NCBI GenBank assembly: GCA_964057225.1
Contig: OZ059896.1
Location: forward strand, 20,212,001-20,276,000
From: Auanema rhodensis
Lineage: Eukaryota > Animalia > Nematoda
DNA length: 64,000 nt
Direction of reading: 5' to 3'
Positions 28,431 through 42,821 of the stretch are shown one piece after another; the first letter of the stretch is position 1; every line of letters starts with the position of its first letter. The translations under genes and the position numbers were made by a program. The notes under the pieces were generated by a model that did not search any database, was not told the origin of the DNA, and saw only the letters and a list, made by a program, of their open reading frames with translations.

Positions 28431-29483
28431 TAGTGTATGTTGAGTTTCCATGTACACTCAACATTGCTTCCAAAAACATTTTGACAAAAATTTTTTCGAA
28501 AAATTTCAAAATAATTTAGCAAAAAGTAGATGTTTTTAGATTCCATTTTTCAAGGCAAAGACGATGGACAGTGTTATTCAACGAAAAAATTAATTCTTCA
28601 GGGTGAAAATCGAGGATATAAGTGTGAACTTATATCAGTTGATATCTCGGTGCATTTGTAAGCTAGCGCAAATCTGATAACACAGATCGAAGCAGCTTAA
28701 AAATCCGCATCGAATGCACTATACTACATTGAGAAACGCTTAATACAAAAATTAGTTATTATCGTTTGAAAAATGATGCATTAGTGTATGTTGAGTTTCC
28801 ATGTACACTCAACATTGCTTCCAAAAACATTTTGACAAAAATTTTTTCGAAAAATTTCGAAATAATTTAGCAAAAAGTAGATGTTTTTAAATTCCTTTAT
28901 TCAAGGCAAAGACGATGGACAATGTTATTCAACGAAAAAATTAATTGTTCAGGGTGAAAATCGAGGATATAAGTGTGAACTTATATCAGTTGATATCTCG
29001 GTGCATTTTTAAGCTAGCGCAAATCTGATAACACAGATCGACGCAGCTTAAAAATCCGCATCGAATGCACTATACTACATTGAAAAACGCTTAATACAAA
29101 AATTAGTTATGATCGTTTGAAAAATGATGCATTAGTGTATGTTGAGTTTCCATGTACACTCAACATTGCTTCCAAAAACATTTTGACAAAAATTTTTTCG
29201 AAAAATTTCAAAATAATTTAGCAAAAAGTAGATGTTTTTAGATTCCTTTATTCAAGGCAAAGACGATGGACAATGTTATTCAACGAAAAAATTAATTCTT
29301 CAGGGTGAAAATCGAGGATATAAGTGTGAACTTATATCAGTTGATATCTCGGTGCATTTTTAAGCTAGCGCAAATCTGATAATACAGATCGACGCAGCTT
29401 AAAAATCCGCATCGAATGCACTATACTACATTGAGAAACGCTTGATACAAAAATTAGTTATGATCGTTTGAAAAATGATGCAT

Positions 29484-32400
29484 TAGTGTATGTTGAGTTT
29501 CCATGTACACTCAACATTGCTTCCAAAAACATTTTGACAAAAATTTTTTCGAAAAATTTCAAAATAATTTAGCAAAAAGTAGATGTTTTTAGATTCCTTT
29601 TTTCAAGGCAAAGACGATGGACAATGTTATTCAACGAAAAAATTATTCCTTCAGGGTGAAAATCGAAGATATAAGTGTGAACTTATATCAGTTGATATCT
29701 CGGTGCATTTTTAAGCTAGCGCAAATCTGATAACAGAGATCGACGCAGCTTAAAAATCCGCATCGAATGCACTATACTACATTGAGAAACGCTTAATACA
29801 AAAATTAGTTATGATCGTTTGAAAAATGATGCATTAGTGTATGTTGAGTTTCCATGTACACTCAACATTGCTTCCAAAAACATTTTGACAAAAATTTTTT
29901 CGAAAAATTTCGAAATAATTTAGCAAAAAGTAGATGTTTTTAGATTCCTTTATTCAAGGCAAAGACGATGGACAATGTTATTCAACGAAAAAATTAATTC
30001 TTTAGGGTGAAAATCGAGGATATAAGTGTGAACTTATATCAGTTGATATCTTGGTGCATTTTTAAGCTAGCGCAAATCTGATAACACATATCGACGCAGC
30101 TTAAAAATCCGCATCGAATGCACTATACTACATTGAAAAACGCTTAATACAAAAATTAGTTATGATCGTTTGAAAAATGATGCATTAGTGTATGTTGAGT
30201 TTCCATGTACACTCAACATTGCTTCCAAAAACATTTTGACAAAAATTTTTTCGAAAAATTTCAAAATAATTTAGCAAAAAGTAGATGTTTTTAGATTCCA
30301 TTTTTCAAGGCAAAGACGATGGACAGTGTTATTCAACGAAAAAATTAATTCTTCAGGGTGAAAATCGAGGATATAAGTGTGAACTTATATCAGTTGATAT
30401 CTCGGTGCATTTTTAAGCTAGCGCAAATCTGATAACACAGATCGACGCAGCTTAAAAATCCGCATTGAATGCACTATACTACATTGAGAAACGCTTAATA
30501 CAAAAATTAGTTATGATCGTTTGAAAAATGATGCATTAGTGTATGTTGAGTTTCCATGTACACTCAACATTGCTTCCAAAAACATTTTGACAAAAATTTT
30601 TTCGAAAAATTTCGAAATAATTTAGCAAAAAGTAGATGTTTTTAGATTCCTTTATTCAAGGCAAAGATGATGGACAATGTTATTCAACGAAAAAATTAAT
30701 TCTTTAGGGTGAAAATCGAGGATATAAGTGTGAACTTATATCAGTTGATATCTTGGTGCATTTTTAAGCTAGCGCAAATCTGATAACACATATCGACGCA
30801 GCTTAAAAATCCGCATCGAATGCACTATACTACATTGAAAAACGCTTAATACAAAAATTAGTTATGATCGTTTGAAAAATGATGCATTAGTGTATGTTGA
30901 GTTTCCATGTACACTCAACATTGCTTCCAAAAACATTTTGACAAAAATTTTTTCGAAAAATTTCAAAATAATTTAGCAAAAAGTAGATGTTTTTAGATTC
31001 CATTTTTCAAGGCAAAGACGATGGACAGTGTTATTCAACGAAAAAATTAATTCTTCAGGGTGAAAATCGAGGATATAAGTGTGAACTTATATCAGTTGAT
31101 ATCTCGGTGCATTTGTAAGCTAGCGCAAATCTGATAACACAGATCGAAGCAGCTTAAAAATCCGCATCGAATGCACTATACTACATTGAGAAACGCTTAA
31201 TACAAAAATTAGTTATGATCGTTTGAAAAATGATGCATTAGTGTATGTTGAGTTTCCATGTACACTCAACATTGCTTCCAAAAACATTTTGACAAAAATT
31301 TTTTCGAAAAATTTCGAAATAATTTAGCAAAAAGTAGATGTTTTTAAATTCCTTTATTCAAGGCAAAGACGATGGACAATGTTATTCAACGAAAAAATTA
31401 ATTGTTCAGGGTGAAAATCGAGGATATAAGTGTGAACTTATATCAGTTGATATCTCGGTGCATTTTTAAGCTAGCGCAAATCTGATAACACAGATCGACG
31501 CAGCTTAAAAATCCGCATCGAATGCACTATACTACATTGAAAAACGCTTAATACAAAAATTAGTTATGATCGTTTGAAAAATGATGCATTAGTGTATGTT
31601 GAGTTTCCATGTACACTCAACATTGCTTCCAAAAACATTTTGACAAAAATTTTTTCGAAAAATTTCAAAATAATTTAGCAAAAAGTAGATGTTTTTAGAT
31701 TCCATTTTTCAAGGCAAAGACGATGGACAGTGTTATTCAACGAAAAAATTAATTCTTCAGGGTGAAAATCGAGGATATAAGTGTGAACTTATATCAGTTG
31801 ATATCTCGGTGCATTTTTAAGCTAGCGCAAATCTGATAACACAGATCGACGCAGCTTAAAAATCCGCATTGAATGCACTATACTACATTGAGAAACGCTT
31901 GATACAAAAATTAGTTATGATCGTTTGAAAAATGATGCATTAGTGTATGTTGAGTTTCCATGTACACTCAACATTGCTTCCAAAAACATTTTGACAAAAA
32001 TTTTTTCGAAAAATTTCGAAATAATTTAGCAAAAAGTAGATGTTTTTAGATTCCTTTATTCAAGGCAAAGACGATGGACAATGTTATTCAACGAAAAAAT
32101 TAATTCTTTAGGGTGAAAATCGAGGATATAAGTGTGAACTTATATCAGTTGATATCTTGGTGCATTTTTAAGCTAGCGCAAATCTGATAACACAGATCGA
32201 CGCAGCTTAAAAATCCGCATCGAATGCACTATACTACATTGAAAAACGCTTAATACAAAAATTAGTTATGATCGTTTGAAAAATGATGCATTAGTGTATG
32301 TTGAGTTTCCATGTACACTCAACATTGCTTCCAAAAACATTTTGACAAAAATTTTTTCGAAAAATTTCAAAATAATTTAGCAAAAAGTAGATGTTTTTAG

Positions 32401-35400
32401 ATTCCTTTATTCAAGGCAAAGACGATGGACAATGTTATTCAACGAAAAAATTAATTCTTCAGGGTGAAAATCGAGGATATAAGTGTGAACTTATATCAGT
32501 TGATATCTCGGTGCATTTTTAAGCTAGCGCAAATCTGATAATACAGATCGACGCAGCTTAAAAATCCGCATCGAATGCACTATACTACATTGAGAAACGC
32601 TTGATACAAAAATTAGTTATGATCGTTTGAAAAATGATGCATTAGTGTATGTTGAGTTTCCATGTACACTCAACATTGCTTCCAAAAACATTTTGACAAA
32701 AATTTTTTCGAAAAATTTCAAAATAATTTAGCAAAAAGTAGATGTTTTTAGATTCCTTTTTTCAAGGCAAAGACGATGGACAATGTTATTCAACGAAAAA
32801 ATTATTCCTTCAGGGTGAAAATCGAAGATATAAGTGTGAACTTATATCAGTTGATATCTCGGTGCATTTTTAAGCTAGCGCAAATCTGATAACAGAGATC
32901 GACGCAGCTTAAAAATCCGCATCGAATGCACTATACTACATTGAGAAACGCTTAATACAAAAATTAGTTATGATCGTTTGAAAAATGATGCATTAGTGTA
33001 TGTTGAGTTTCCATGTACACTCAACATTGCTTCCAAAAACATTTTGACAAAAATTTTTTCGAAAAATTTCAAAATAATTTAGCAAAAAGTAGATGTATTT
33101 AGATTCCATTTTTCAAGGCAAAGACGATGGACAATGTTATTCAACGGAAAAATTATTTCTTCAGGGTGAAAATCGAGGATATAAGTGTGAACTTATATCA
33201 GTTGATATCTCGGTGCATTTTTAAGCTAGCGCAAATCTGATAACACAGATCGACGCAGCTTAAAAATCCGCATCGAATGCACTATACTACATTAAGAAAC
33301 GCTTGATACAAAAATTAGTTATGATCGTTTGAAAAATGATGCATTAGTGTATGTTGAGTTTCCATGTACACTCAACATTGCTTCCAAAAACATTTTGACA
33401 AAAATTTTTTCGAAAAATTTCAAAATAATTTAGCAAAAAGTAGATGTTTTTAGATTCCTTTTTTCAAGGCAAAGACGATGGACAATGTTATTCAACGAAA
33501 AAATTATTCCTTCAGGGTGAAAATCGAAGATATAAGTGTGAACTTATATCAGTTGATATCTCGGTGCATTTTTAAGCTAGCGCAAATCTGATAACAGAGA
33601 TCGACGCAGCTTAAAAATCCGCATCGAATGCACTATACTACATTGAGAAACGCTTAATAGAAAAATTAGTTATGATCGTTTGAAAAATGATGCATTAGTG
33701 TATGTTGAGTTTCCATGTACACTCAACATTGCTTCCAAAAACATTTTGACAAAAATTTTTTCGAAAAATTTCAAAATAATTTAGCAAAAAGTAGATGTTT
33801 TTAGATTCCATTTTTCAAGGCAAAGACGATGGACAATGTTATTCAACGGAAAAATTATTTCTCCAGGGTGAAAATCGAGGATATAAGTGTGAACTTATAT
33901 CAGTTGATATCTCGGTGCATTTTTAAGCTAGCGCAAATCTGATAACACAGATCGACGCAGCTTAAAAATGCGCATCGAATGCACTATACTACATTGAGAA
34001 ACGCTTGATACAAAAATTAGTTATGATCGTTTGAAAAATGATGCATTAGTGTATGTTGAGTTTCCATGTACACTCAACATTGCTTCCAAAAACATTTTGA
34101 CAAAAATTTTTTCGAAAAATTTCAAAATAATTTAGCAAAAAGTAGATGTTTTTAGATTCCATTTTCCAAGGCAAAGACGATGGACAATGTTATTCAACGA
34201 AAAAATTAATTCTTCAGGGTGAAAATCGAGGATATAAGTGTGAACTTATATCAGTTGATATCTCGGTGCATTTTTAAGCTAGCGCAAATCTGATAACACA
34301 GATCGACGCAGCTTAAAAATCCGCATCGAATGCACTATACTACATTGAGAAACGCTTAATACAAAAATTAGTTATGATCGTTTGAAAAATGATGCATTAG
34401 TGTATGTTGAGTTTCCATGTACACTCAACATTGCTTCCAAAAACATTTTGACAAAAATTTTTTCGAAAAATTTCAAAATAATTTAGCCGAAAGTAGATGT
34501 TTTTAGATTCCTTTTTTCAAGGCAAAGACGATGGACAATGTTATTCAACGAAAAAATTATTCCTTCAGGGTGAAAATCGAGGATATAAGTGTGAACTTAT
34601 ATCAGTTGATATCTCGGTGCATTTTTAAGCTAGCGCAAATCTGATAACAGAGATCGACGCAGCTTAAAAATCCGCATCGAATGCACTATACTACATTGAG
34701 AAACGCTTAATACAAAAATTAGTTATGATCGTTTGAAAAATGATGCATTAGTGTATGTTGAGTTTCCATGTACACTCAACATTGCTTCCAAAAACATTTT
34801 GACAAAAATTTTTTCGAAAAATTTCAAAATAATTTAGCAAAAAGTAGATGTTTTTAGATTCCATTTTTCAAGGCAAAGACGATGGACAATGTTATTCAAC
34901 GAAAAAATTAATTCTTCAGGGTGAAAATCGAGGATATAAGTGTGAACTTATATCAGTTGATATCTCGGTGCATTTTTAAGCTAGCGCAAATCTGATAACA
35001 CAGATCGACGCAGCTTAAAAATCCGCATCGAATGCACTATACTACATTGAGAAACGCTTAATACAAAAATTAGTTATGATCGTTTGAAAAATGATGCATT
35101 AGTGTATGTTGAGTTTCCATGTACACTCAACATTGCTTCCAAAAACATTTTGACAAAAATTTTTTCGAAAAATTTCAAAATAATTTAGCCGAAAGTAGAT
35201 GTTTTTAGATTCCTTTTTTCAAGGCAAAGACGATGGACAATGTTATTCAACGAAAAAATTATTCCTTCAGGGTGAAAATCGAGGATATAAGTGTGAACTT
35301 ATATCAGTTGATATCTCGGTGCATTTTTAAGCTAGCGCAAATCTGATAACAGAGATCGACGCAGCTTAAAAATCCGCATCGAATGCACTATACTACATTG

Positions 35401-38400
35401 AGAAACGCTTAATACAAAAATTAGTTATGATCGTTTGAAAAATGATGCATTAGTGTATGTTGAGTTTCCATGTACACTCAACATTGCTTCCAAAAACATT
35501 TTGACAAAAATTTTTTCGAAAAATTTCAAAATAATTTAGCAAAAAGTAGATGTTTTTAGATTCCTTTTTTCAAGGCAAAGACGATGGACAATGTTATTCA
35601 ACGAAAAAATTATTCCTTCAGGGTGAAAATCGAAGATATAAGTGTGAACTTATATCAGTTGATATCTCGGTGCATTTTTAAGCTAGCGCAAATCTGATAA
35701 CAGAGATCGACGCAGCTTAAAAATCCGCATCGAATGCACTATACTACATTGAGAAACGCTTAATACAAAAATTAGTTATGATCGTTTGAAAAATGATGCA
35801 TTAGTGTATGTTGAGTTTCCATGTACACTCAACATTGCTTCCAAAAACATTTTGACAAAAATTTTTTCGAAAAATTTCGAAATAATTTAGCAAAAAGTAG
35901 ATGTTTTTAGATTCCTTTATTCAAGGCAAAGACGATGGACAATGTTATTCAACGAAAAAATTAATTCTTTAGGGTGAAAATCGAGGATATAAGTGTGAAC
36001 TTATATCAGTTGATATCTTGGTGCATTTTTAAGCTAGCGCAAATCTGATAACACATATCGACGCAGCTTAAAAATCCGCATCGAATGCACTATACTACAT
36101 TGAAAAACGCTTAATACAAAAATTAGTTATGATCGTTTGAAAAATGATGCATTAGTGTATGTTGAGTTTCCATGTACACTCAACATTGCTTCCAAAAACA
36201 TTTTGACAAAAATTTTTTCGAAAAATTTCAAAATAATTTAGCAAAAAGTAGATGTTTTTAGATTCCATTTTTCAAGGCAAAGACGATGGACAGTGTTATT
36301 CAACGAAAAAATTAATTCTTCAGGGTGAAAATCGAGGATATAAGTGTGAACTTATATCAGTTGATATCTCGGTGCATTTTTAAGCTAGCGCAAATCTGAT
36401 AACACAGATCGACGCAGCTTAAAAATCCGCATTGAATGCACTATACTACATTGAGAAACGCTTAATACAAAAATTAGTTATGATCGTTTGAAAAATGATG
36501 CATTAGTGTATGTTGAGTTTCCATGTACACTCAACATTGCTTCCAAAAACATTTTGACAAAAATTTTTTCGAAAAATTTCGAAATAATTTAGCAAAAAGT
36601 AGATGTTTTTAGATTCCTTTATTCAAGGCAAAGATGATGGACAATGTTATTCAACGAAAAAATTAATTCTTTAGGGTGAAAATCGAGGATATAAGTGTGA
36701 ACTTATATCAGTTGATATCTTGGTGCATTTTTAAGCTAGCGCAAATCTGATAACACATATCGACGCAGCTTAAAAATCCGCATCGAATGCACTATACTAC
36801 ATTGAAAAACGCTTAATACAAAAATTAGTTATGATCGTTTGAAAAATGATGCATTAGTGTATGTTGAGTTTCCATGTACACTCAACATTGCTTCCAAAAA
36901 CATTTTGACAAAAATTTTTTCGAAAAATTTCAAAATAATTTAGCAAAAAGTAGATGTTTTTAGATTCCATTTTTCAAGGCAAAGACGATGGACAGTGTTA
37001 TTCAACGAAAAAATTAATTCTTCAGGGTGAAAATCGAGGATATAAGTGTGAACTTATATCAGTTGATATCTCGGTGCATTTGTAAGCTAGCGCAAATCTG
37101 ATAACACAGATCGAAGCAGCTTAAAAATCCGCATCGAATGCACTATACTACATTGAGAAACGCTTAATACAAAAATTAGTTATGATCGTTTGAAAAATGA
37201 TGCATTAGTGTATGTTGAGTTTCCATGTACACTCAACATTGCTTCCAAAAACATTTTGACAAAAATTTTTTCGAAAAATTTCGAAATAATTTAGCAAAAA
37301 GTAGATGTTTTTAAATTCCTTTATTCAAGGCAAAGACGATGGACAATGTTATTCAACGAAAAAATTAATTGTTCAGGGTGAAAATCGAGGATATAAGTGT
37401 GAACTTATATCAGTTGATATCTCGGTGCATTTTTAAGCTAGCGCAAATCTGATAACACAGATCGACGCAGCTTAAAAATCCGCATCGAATGCACTATACT
37501 ACATTGAAAAACGCTTAATACAAAAATTAGTTATGATCGTTTGAAAAATGATGCATTAGTGTATGTTGAGTTTCCATGTACACTCAACATTGCTTCCAAA
37601 AACATTTTGACAAAAATTTTTTCGAAAAATTTCAAAATAATTTAGCAAAAAGTAGATGTTTTTAGATTCCATTTTTCAAGGCAAAGACGATGGACAGTGT
37701 TATTCAACGAAAAAATTAATTCTTCAGGGTGAAAATCGAGGATATAAGTGTGAACTTATATCAGTTGATATCTCGGTGCATTTTTAAGCTAGCGCAAATC
37801 TGATAACACAGATCGACGCAGCTTAAAAATCCGCATTGAATGCACTATACTACATTGAGAAACGCTTGATACAAAAATTAGTTATGATCGTTTGAAAAAT
37901 GATGCATTAGTGTATGTTGAGTTTCCATGTACACTCAACATTGCTTCCAAAAACATTTTGACAAAAATTTTTTCGAAAAATTTCGAAATAATTTAGCAAA
38001 AAGTAGATGTTTTTAGATTCCTTTATTCAAGGCAAAGACGATGGACAATGTTATTCAACGAAAAAATTAATTCTTTAGGGTGAAAATCGAGGATATAAGT
38101 GTGAACTTATATCAGTTGATATCTTGGTGCATTTTTAAGCTAGCGCAAATCTGATAACACAGATCGACGCAGCTTAAAAATCCGCATCGAATGCACTATA
38201 CTACATTGAAAAACGCTTAATACAAAAATTAGTTATGATCGTTTGAAAAATGATGCATTAGTGTATGTTGAGTTTCCATGTACACTCAACATTGCTTCCA
38301 AAAACATTTTGACAAAAATTTTTTCGAAAAATTTCAAAATAATTTAGCAAAAAGTAGATGTTTTTAGATTCCTTTATTCAAGGCAAAGACGATGGACAAT

Positions 38401-41400
38401 GTTATTCAACGAAAAAATTAATTCTTCAGGGTGAAAATCGAGGATATAAGTGTGAACTTATATCAGTTGATATCTCGGTGCATTTTTAAGCTAGCGCAAA
38501 TCTGATAATACAGATCGACGCAGCTTAAAAATCCGCATCGAATGCACTATACTACATTGAGAAACGCTTGATACAAAAATTAGTTATGATCGTTTGAAAA
38601 ATGATGCATTAGTGTATGTTGAGTTTCCATGTACACTCAACATTGCTTCCAAAAACATTTTGACAAAAATTTTTTCGAAAAATTTCAAAATAATTTAGCA
38701 AAAAGTAGATGTTTTTAGATTCCATTTTTCAAGGCAAAGACGATGGACAGTGTTATTCAACGAAAAAATTAATTCTTCAGGGTGAAAATCGAGGATATAA
38801 GTGTGAACTTATATCAGTTGATATCTCGGTGCATTTTTAAGCTAGCGCAAATCTGATAACACAGATCGACGCAGCTTAAAAATCCGCATTGAATGCACTA
38901 TACTACATTGAGAAACGCTTAATACAAAAATTAGTTATGATCGTTTGAAAAATGATGCATTAGTGTATGTTGAGTTTCCATGTACACTCAACATTGCTTC
39001 CAAAAACATTTTGACAAAAATTTTTTCGAAAAATTTCGAAATAATTTAGCAAAAAGTAGATGTTTTTAGATTCCTTTATTCAAGGCAAAGATGATGGACA
39101 ATGTTATTCAACGAAAAAATTAATTCTTTAGGGTGAAAATCGAGGATATAAGTGTGAACTTATATCAGTTGATATCTTGGTGCATTTTTAAGCTAGCGCA
39201 AATCTGATAACACATATCGACGCAGCTTAAAAATCCGCATCGAATGCACTATACTACATTGAAAAACGCTTAATACAAAAATTAGTTATGATCGTTTGAA
39301 AAATGATGCATTAGTGTATGTTGAGTTTCCATGTACACTCAACATTGCTTCCAAAAACATTTTGACAAAAATTTTTTCGAAAAATTTCAAAATAATTTAG
39401 CAAAAAGTAGATGTTTTTAGATTCCATTTTTCAAGGCAAAGACGATGGACAGTGTTATTCAACGAAAAAATTAATTCTTCAGGGTGAAAATCGAGGATAT
39501 AAGTGTGAACTTATATCAGTTGATATCTCGGTGCATTTGTAAGCTAGCGCAAATCTGATAACACAGATCGAAGCAGCTTAAAAATCCGCATCGAATGCAC
39601 TATACTACATTGAGAAACGCTTAATACAAAAATTAGTTATGATCGTTTGAAAAATGATGCATTAGTGTATGTTGAGTTTCCATGTACACTCAACATTGCT
39701 TCCAAAAACATTTTGACAAAAATTTTTTCGAAAAATTTCGAAATAATTTAGCAAAAAGTAGATGTTTTTAAATTCCTTTATTCAAGGCAAAGACGATGGA
39801 CAATGTTATTCAACGAAAAAATTAATTGTTCAGGGTGAAAATCGAGGATATAAGTGTGAACTTATATCAGTTGATATCTCGGTGCATTTTTAAGCTAGCG
39901 CAAATCTGATAACACAGATCGACGCAGCTTAAAAATCCGCATCGAATGCACTATACTACATTGAAAAACGCTTAATACAAAAATTAGTTATGATCGTTTG
40001 AAAAATGATGCATTAGTGTATGTTGAGTTTCCATGTACACTCAACATTGCTTCCAAAAACATTTTGACAAAAATTTTTTCGAAAAATTTCAAAATAATTT
40101 AGCAAAAAGTAGATGTTTTTAGATTCCATTTTTCAAGGCAAAGACGATGGACAGTGTTATTCAACGAAAAAATTAATTCTTCAGGGTGAAAATCGAGGAT
40201 ATAAGTGTGAACTTATATCAGTTGATATCTCGGTGCATTTTTAAGCTAGCGCAAATCTGATAACACAGATCGACGCAGCTTAAAAATCCGCATTGAATGC
40301 ACTATACTACATTGAGAAACGCTTGATACAAAAATTAGTTATGATCGTTTGAAAAATGATGCATTAGTGTATGTTGAGTTTCCATGTACACTCAACATTG
40401 CTTCCAAAAACATTTTGACAAAAATTTTTTCGAAAAATTTCGAAATAATTTAGCAAAAAGTAGATGTTTTTAGATTCCTTTATTCAAGGCAAAGACGATG
40501 GACAATGTTATTCAACGAAAAAATTAATTCTTTAGGGTGAAAATCGAGGATATAAGTGTGAACTTATATCAGTTGATATCTTGGTGCATTTTTAAGCTAG
40601 CGCAAATCTGATAACACAGATCGACGCAGCTTAAAAATCCGCATCGAATGCACTATACTACATTGAAAAACGCTTAATACAAAAATTAGTTATGATCGTT
40701 TGAAAAATGATGCATTAGTGTATGTTGAGTTTCCATGTACACTCAACATTGCTTCCAAAAACATTTTGACAAAAATTTTTTCGAAAAATTTCAAAATAAT
40801 TTAGCAAAAAGTAGATGTTTTTAGATTCCTTTATTCAAGGCAAAGACGATGGACAATGTTATTCAACGAAAAAATTAATTCTTCAGGGTGAAAATCGAGG
40901 ATATAAGTGTGAACTTATATCAGTTGATATCTCGGTGCATTTTTAAGCTAGCGCAAATCTGATAATACAGATCGACGCAGCTTAAAAATCCGCATCGAAT
41001 GCACTATACTACATTGAGAAACGCTTGATACAAAAATTAGTTATGATCGTTTGAAAAATGATGCATTAGTGTATGTTGAGTTTCCATGTACACTCAACAT
41101 TGCTTCCAAAAACATTTTGACAAAAATTTTTTCGAAAAATTTCAAAATAATTTAGCAAAAAGTAGATGTTTTTAGATTCCTTTTTTCAAGGCAAAGACGA
41201 TGGACAATGTTATTCAACGAAAAAATTATTCCTTCAGGGTGAAAATCGAAGATATAAGTGTGAACTTATATCAGTTGATATCTCGGTGCATTTTTAAGCT
41301 AGCGCAAATCTGATAACAGAGATCGACGCAGCTTAAAAATCCGCATCGAATGCACTATACTACATTGAGAAACGCTTAATACAAAAATTAGTTATGATCG

Positions 41401-42821
41401 TTTGAAAAATGATGCATTAGTGTATGTTGAGTTTCCATGTACACTCAACATTGCTTCCAAAAACATTTTGACAAAAATTTTTTCGAAAAATTTCAAAATA
41501 ATTTAGCAAAAAGTAGATGTATTTAGATTCCATTTTTCAAGGCAAAGACGATGGACAATGTTATTCAACGGAAAAATTATTTCTTCAGGGTGAAAATCGA
41601 GGATATAAGTGTGAACTTATATCAGTTGATATCTCGGTGCATTTTTAAGCTAGCGCAAATCTGATAACACAGATCGACGCAGCTTAAAAATCCGCATCGA
41701 ATGCACTATACTACATTAAGAAACGCTTGATACAAAAATTAGTTATGATCGTTTGAAAAATGATGCATTAGTGTATGTTGAGTTTCCATGTACACTCAAC
41801 ATTGCTTCCAAAAACATTTTGACAAAAATTTTTTCGAAAAATTTCAAAATAATTTAGCAAAAAGTAGATGTTTTTAGATTCCTTTTTTCAAGGCAAAGAC
41901 GATGGACAATGTTATTCAACGAAAAAATTATTCCTTCAGGGTGAAAATCGAAGATATAAGTGTGAACTTATATCAGTTGATATCTCGGTGCATTTTTAAG
42001 CTAGCGCAAATCTGATAACAGAGATCGACGCAGCTTAAAAATCCGCATCGAATGCACTATACTACATTGAGAAACGCTTAATAGAAAAATTAGTTATGAT
42101 CGTTTGAAAAATGATGCATTAGTGTATGTTGAGTTTCCATGTACACTCAACATTGCTTCCAAAAACATTTTGACAAAAATTTTTTCGAAAAATTTCAAAA
42201 TAATTTAGCAAAAAGTAGATGTTTTTAGATTCCATTTTTCAAGGCAAAGACGATGGACAATGTTATTCAACGGAAAAATTATTTCTTCAGGGTGAAAATC
42301 GAGGATATAAGTGTGAACTTATATCAGTTGATATCTCGGTGCATTTTTAAGCTAGCGCAAATCTGATAACACAGATCGACGCAGCTTAAAAATGCGCATC
42401 GAATGCACTATACTACATTGAGAAACGCTTGATACAAAAATTAGTTATGATCGTTTGAAAAATGATGCATTAGTGTATGTTGAGTTTCCATGTACACTCA
42501 ACATTGCTTCCAAAAACATTTTGACAAAAATTTTTTCGAAAAATTTCAAAATAATTTAGCAAAAAGTAGATGTTTTTAGATTCCATTTTCCAAGGCAAAG
42601 ACGATGGACAATGTTATTCAACGAAAAAATTAATTCTTCAGGGTGAAAATCGAGGATATAAGTGTGAACTTATATCAGTTGATATCTCGGTGCATTTTTA
42701 AGCTAGCGCAAATCTGATAACACAGATCGACGCAGCTTAAAAATCCGCATCGAATGCACTATACTACATTGAGAAACGCTTAATACAAAAATTAGTTATG
42801 ATCGTTTGAAAAATGATGCAT
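29484..42821. repeat. Segmental duplication with 17-monomer period (5967 bp) containing a nested 7-monomer duplication (2457 bp)
   Basis: The private variant AAAGATGATG occurs at 30668, 36635 and 39092 (spacings 5967 and 2457). The private variant GATGTATTT occurs at 33097 and 41521 (spacing 8424 = 5967 + 2457). Confidence 0.9.
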
